Source of the DNA: an uncultured Candidatus Binatia bacterium
Lineage (GTDB): Bacteria; Desulfobacterota; Binatia; Bin18
Direction: 5' to 3'
DNA length: 64,000 bases
Assembly: GCA_965214605.1 (NCBI GenBank)
Contig: OZ243961.1
Location: forward strand, 3,776,001 to 3,840,000
The notes under the pieces were generated by a model. That model made no database searches. It saw nothing but the letters and a program-made list of their open reading frames with translations, and had not been told where the DNA came from. This document shows, piece by piece, positions 64,000-64,000 of the stretch (within the stretch, counting starts at the first letter, position 1; each line of letters opens with the position of its first letter). Position numbers and translations under genes: made by a program.

Positions 64000-64000
64000 G

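Overview
Chromosomal window from a GC-rich diderm bacterium (LptB and LptD present). The gene mix suggests an aerobic, probably marine, 'deltaproteobacteria-like' lineage such as Binatota; this is inference only. Core housekeeping blocks: lptB-rpoN-ptsN-rapZ-HPr-metK-ahcY-glnD-xerD, glnS, accD-folC-lptD, and a group-2 Mrp Na+/H+ antiporter with fused A/B. Metabolic accessory genes: FprA-like reductase, LLM oxidoreductase, Baeyer-Villiger monooxygenase, MMPL/RND transporter, two SDRs, and a squalene-hopene cyclase apparently co-transcribed with an IpdAB-like CoA-transferase-fold pair. The right third is a quinoprotein respiration neighbourhood. It holds pqqABCDE, where pqqA is a 25-aa ORF missed by the ORF track, with its own promoter, palindrome and terminator. 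A small permease is translationally coupled to pqqE. Next to these lie a PQQ alcohol dehydrogenase with the lanthanide-type WDYDG motif and an atypical alternative complex III (ActB with an extra N-terminal 4-Cys motif, fused ActC-ActD). A cytochrome-c/PQQ (PVA-DH-like) dehydrogenase lies at 36-38 kb. Three eroded islands (about 15.4-16.9, 33.0-35.7 and 45.1-48.3 kb) hold relics of defence and toxin-antitoxin genes. These include an orphan DUF4365(DREN)-APAZ short-Argonaute partner, two methyltransferase relics with the same Pro-to-Leu change in the catalytic motif, an IS5 remnant, and one intact small membrane protein. No rRNA, tRNA or CRISPR array was recognised.
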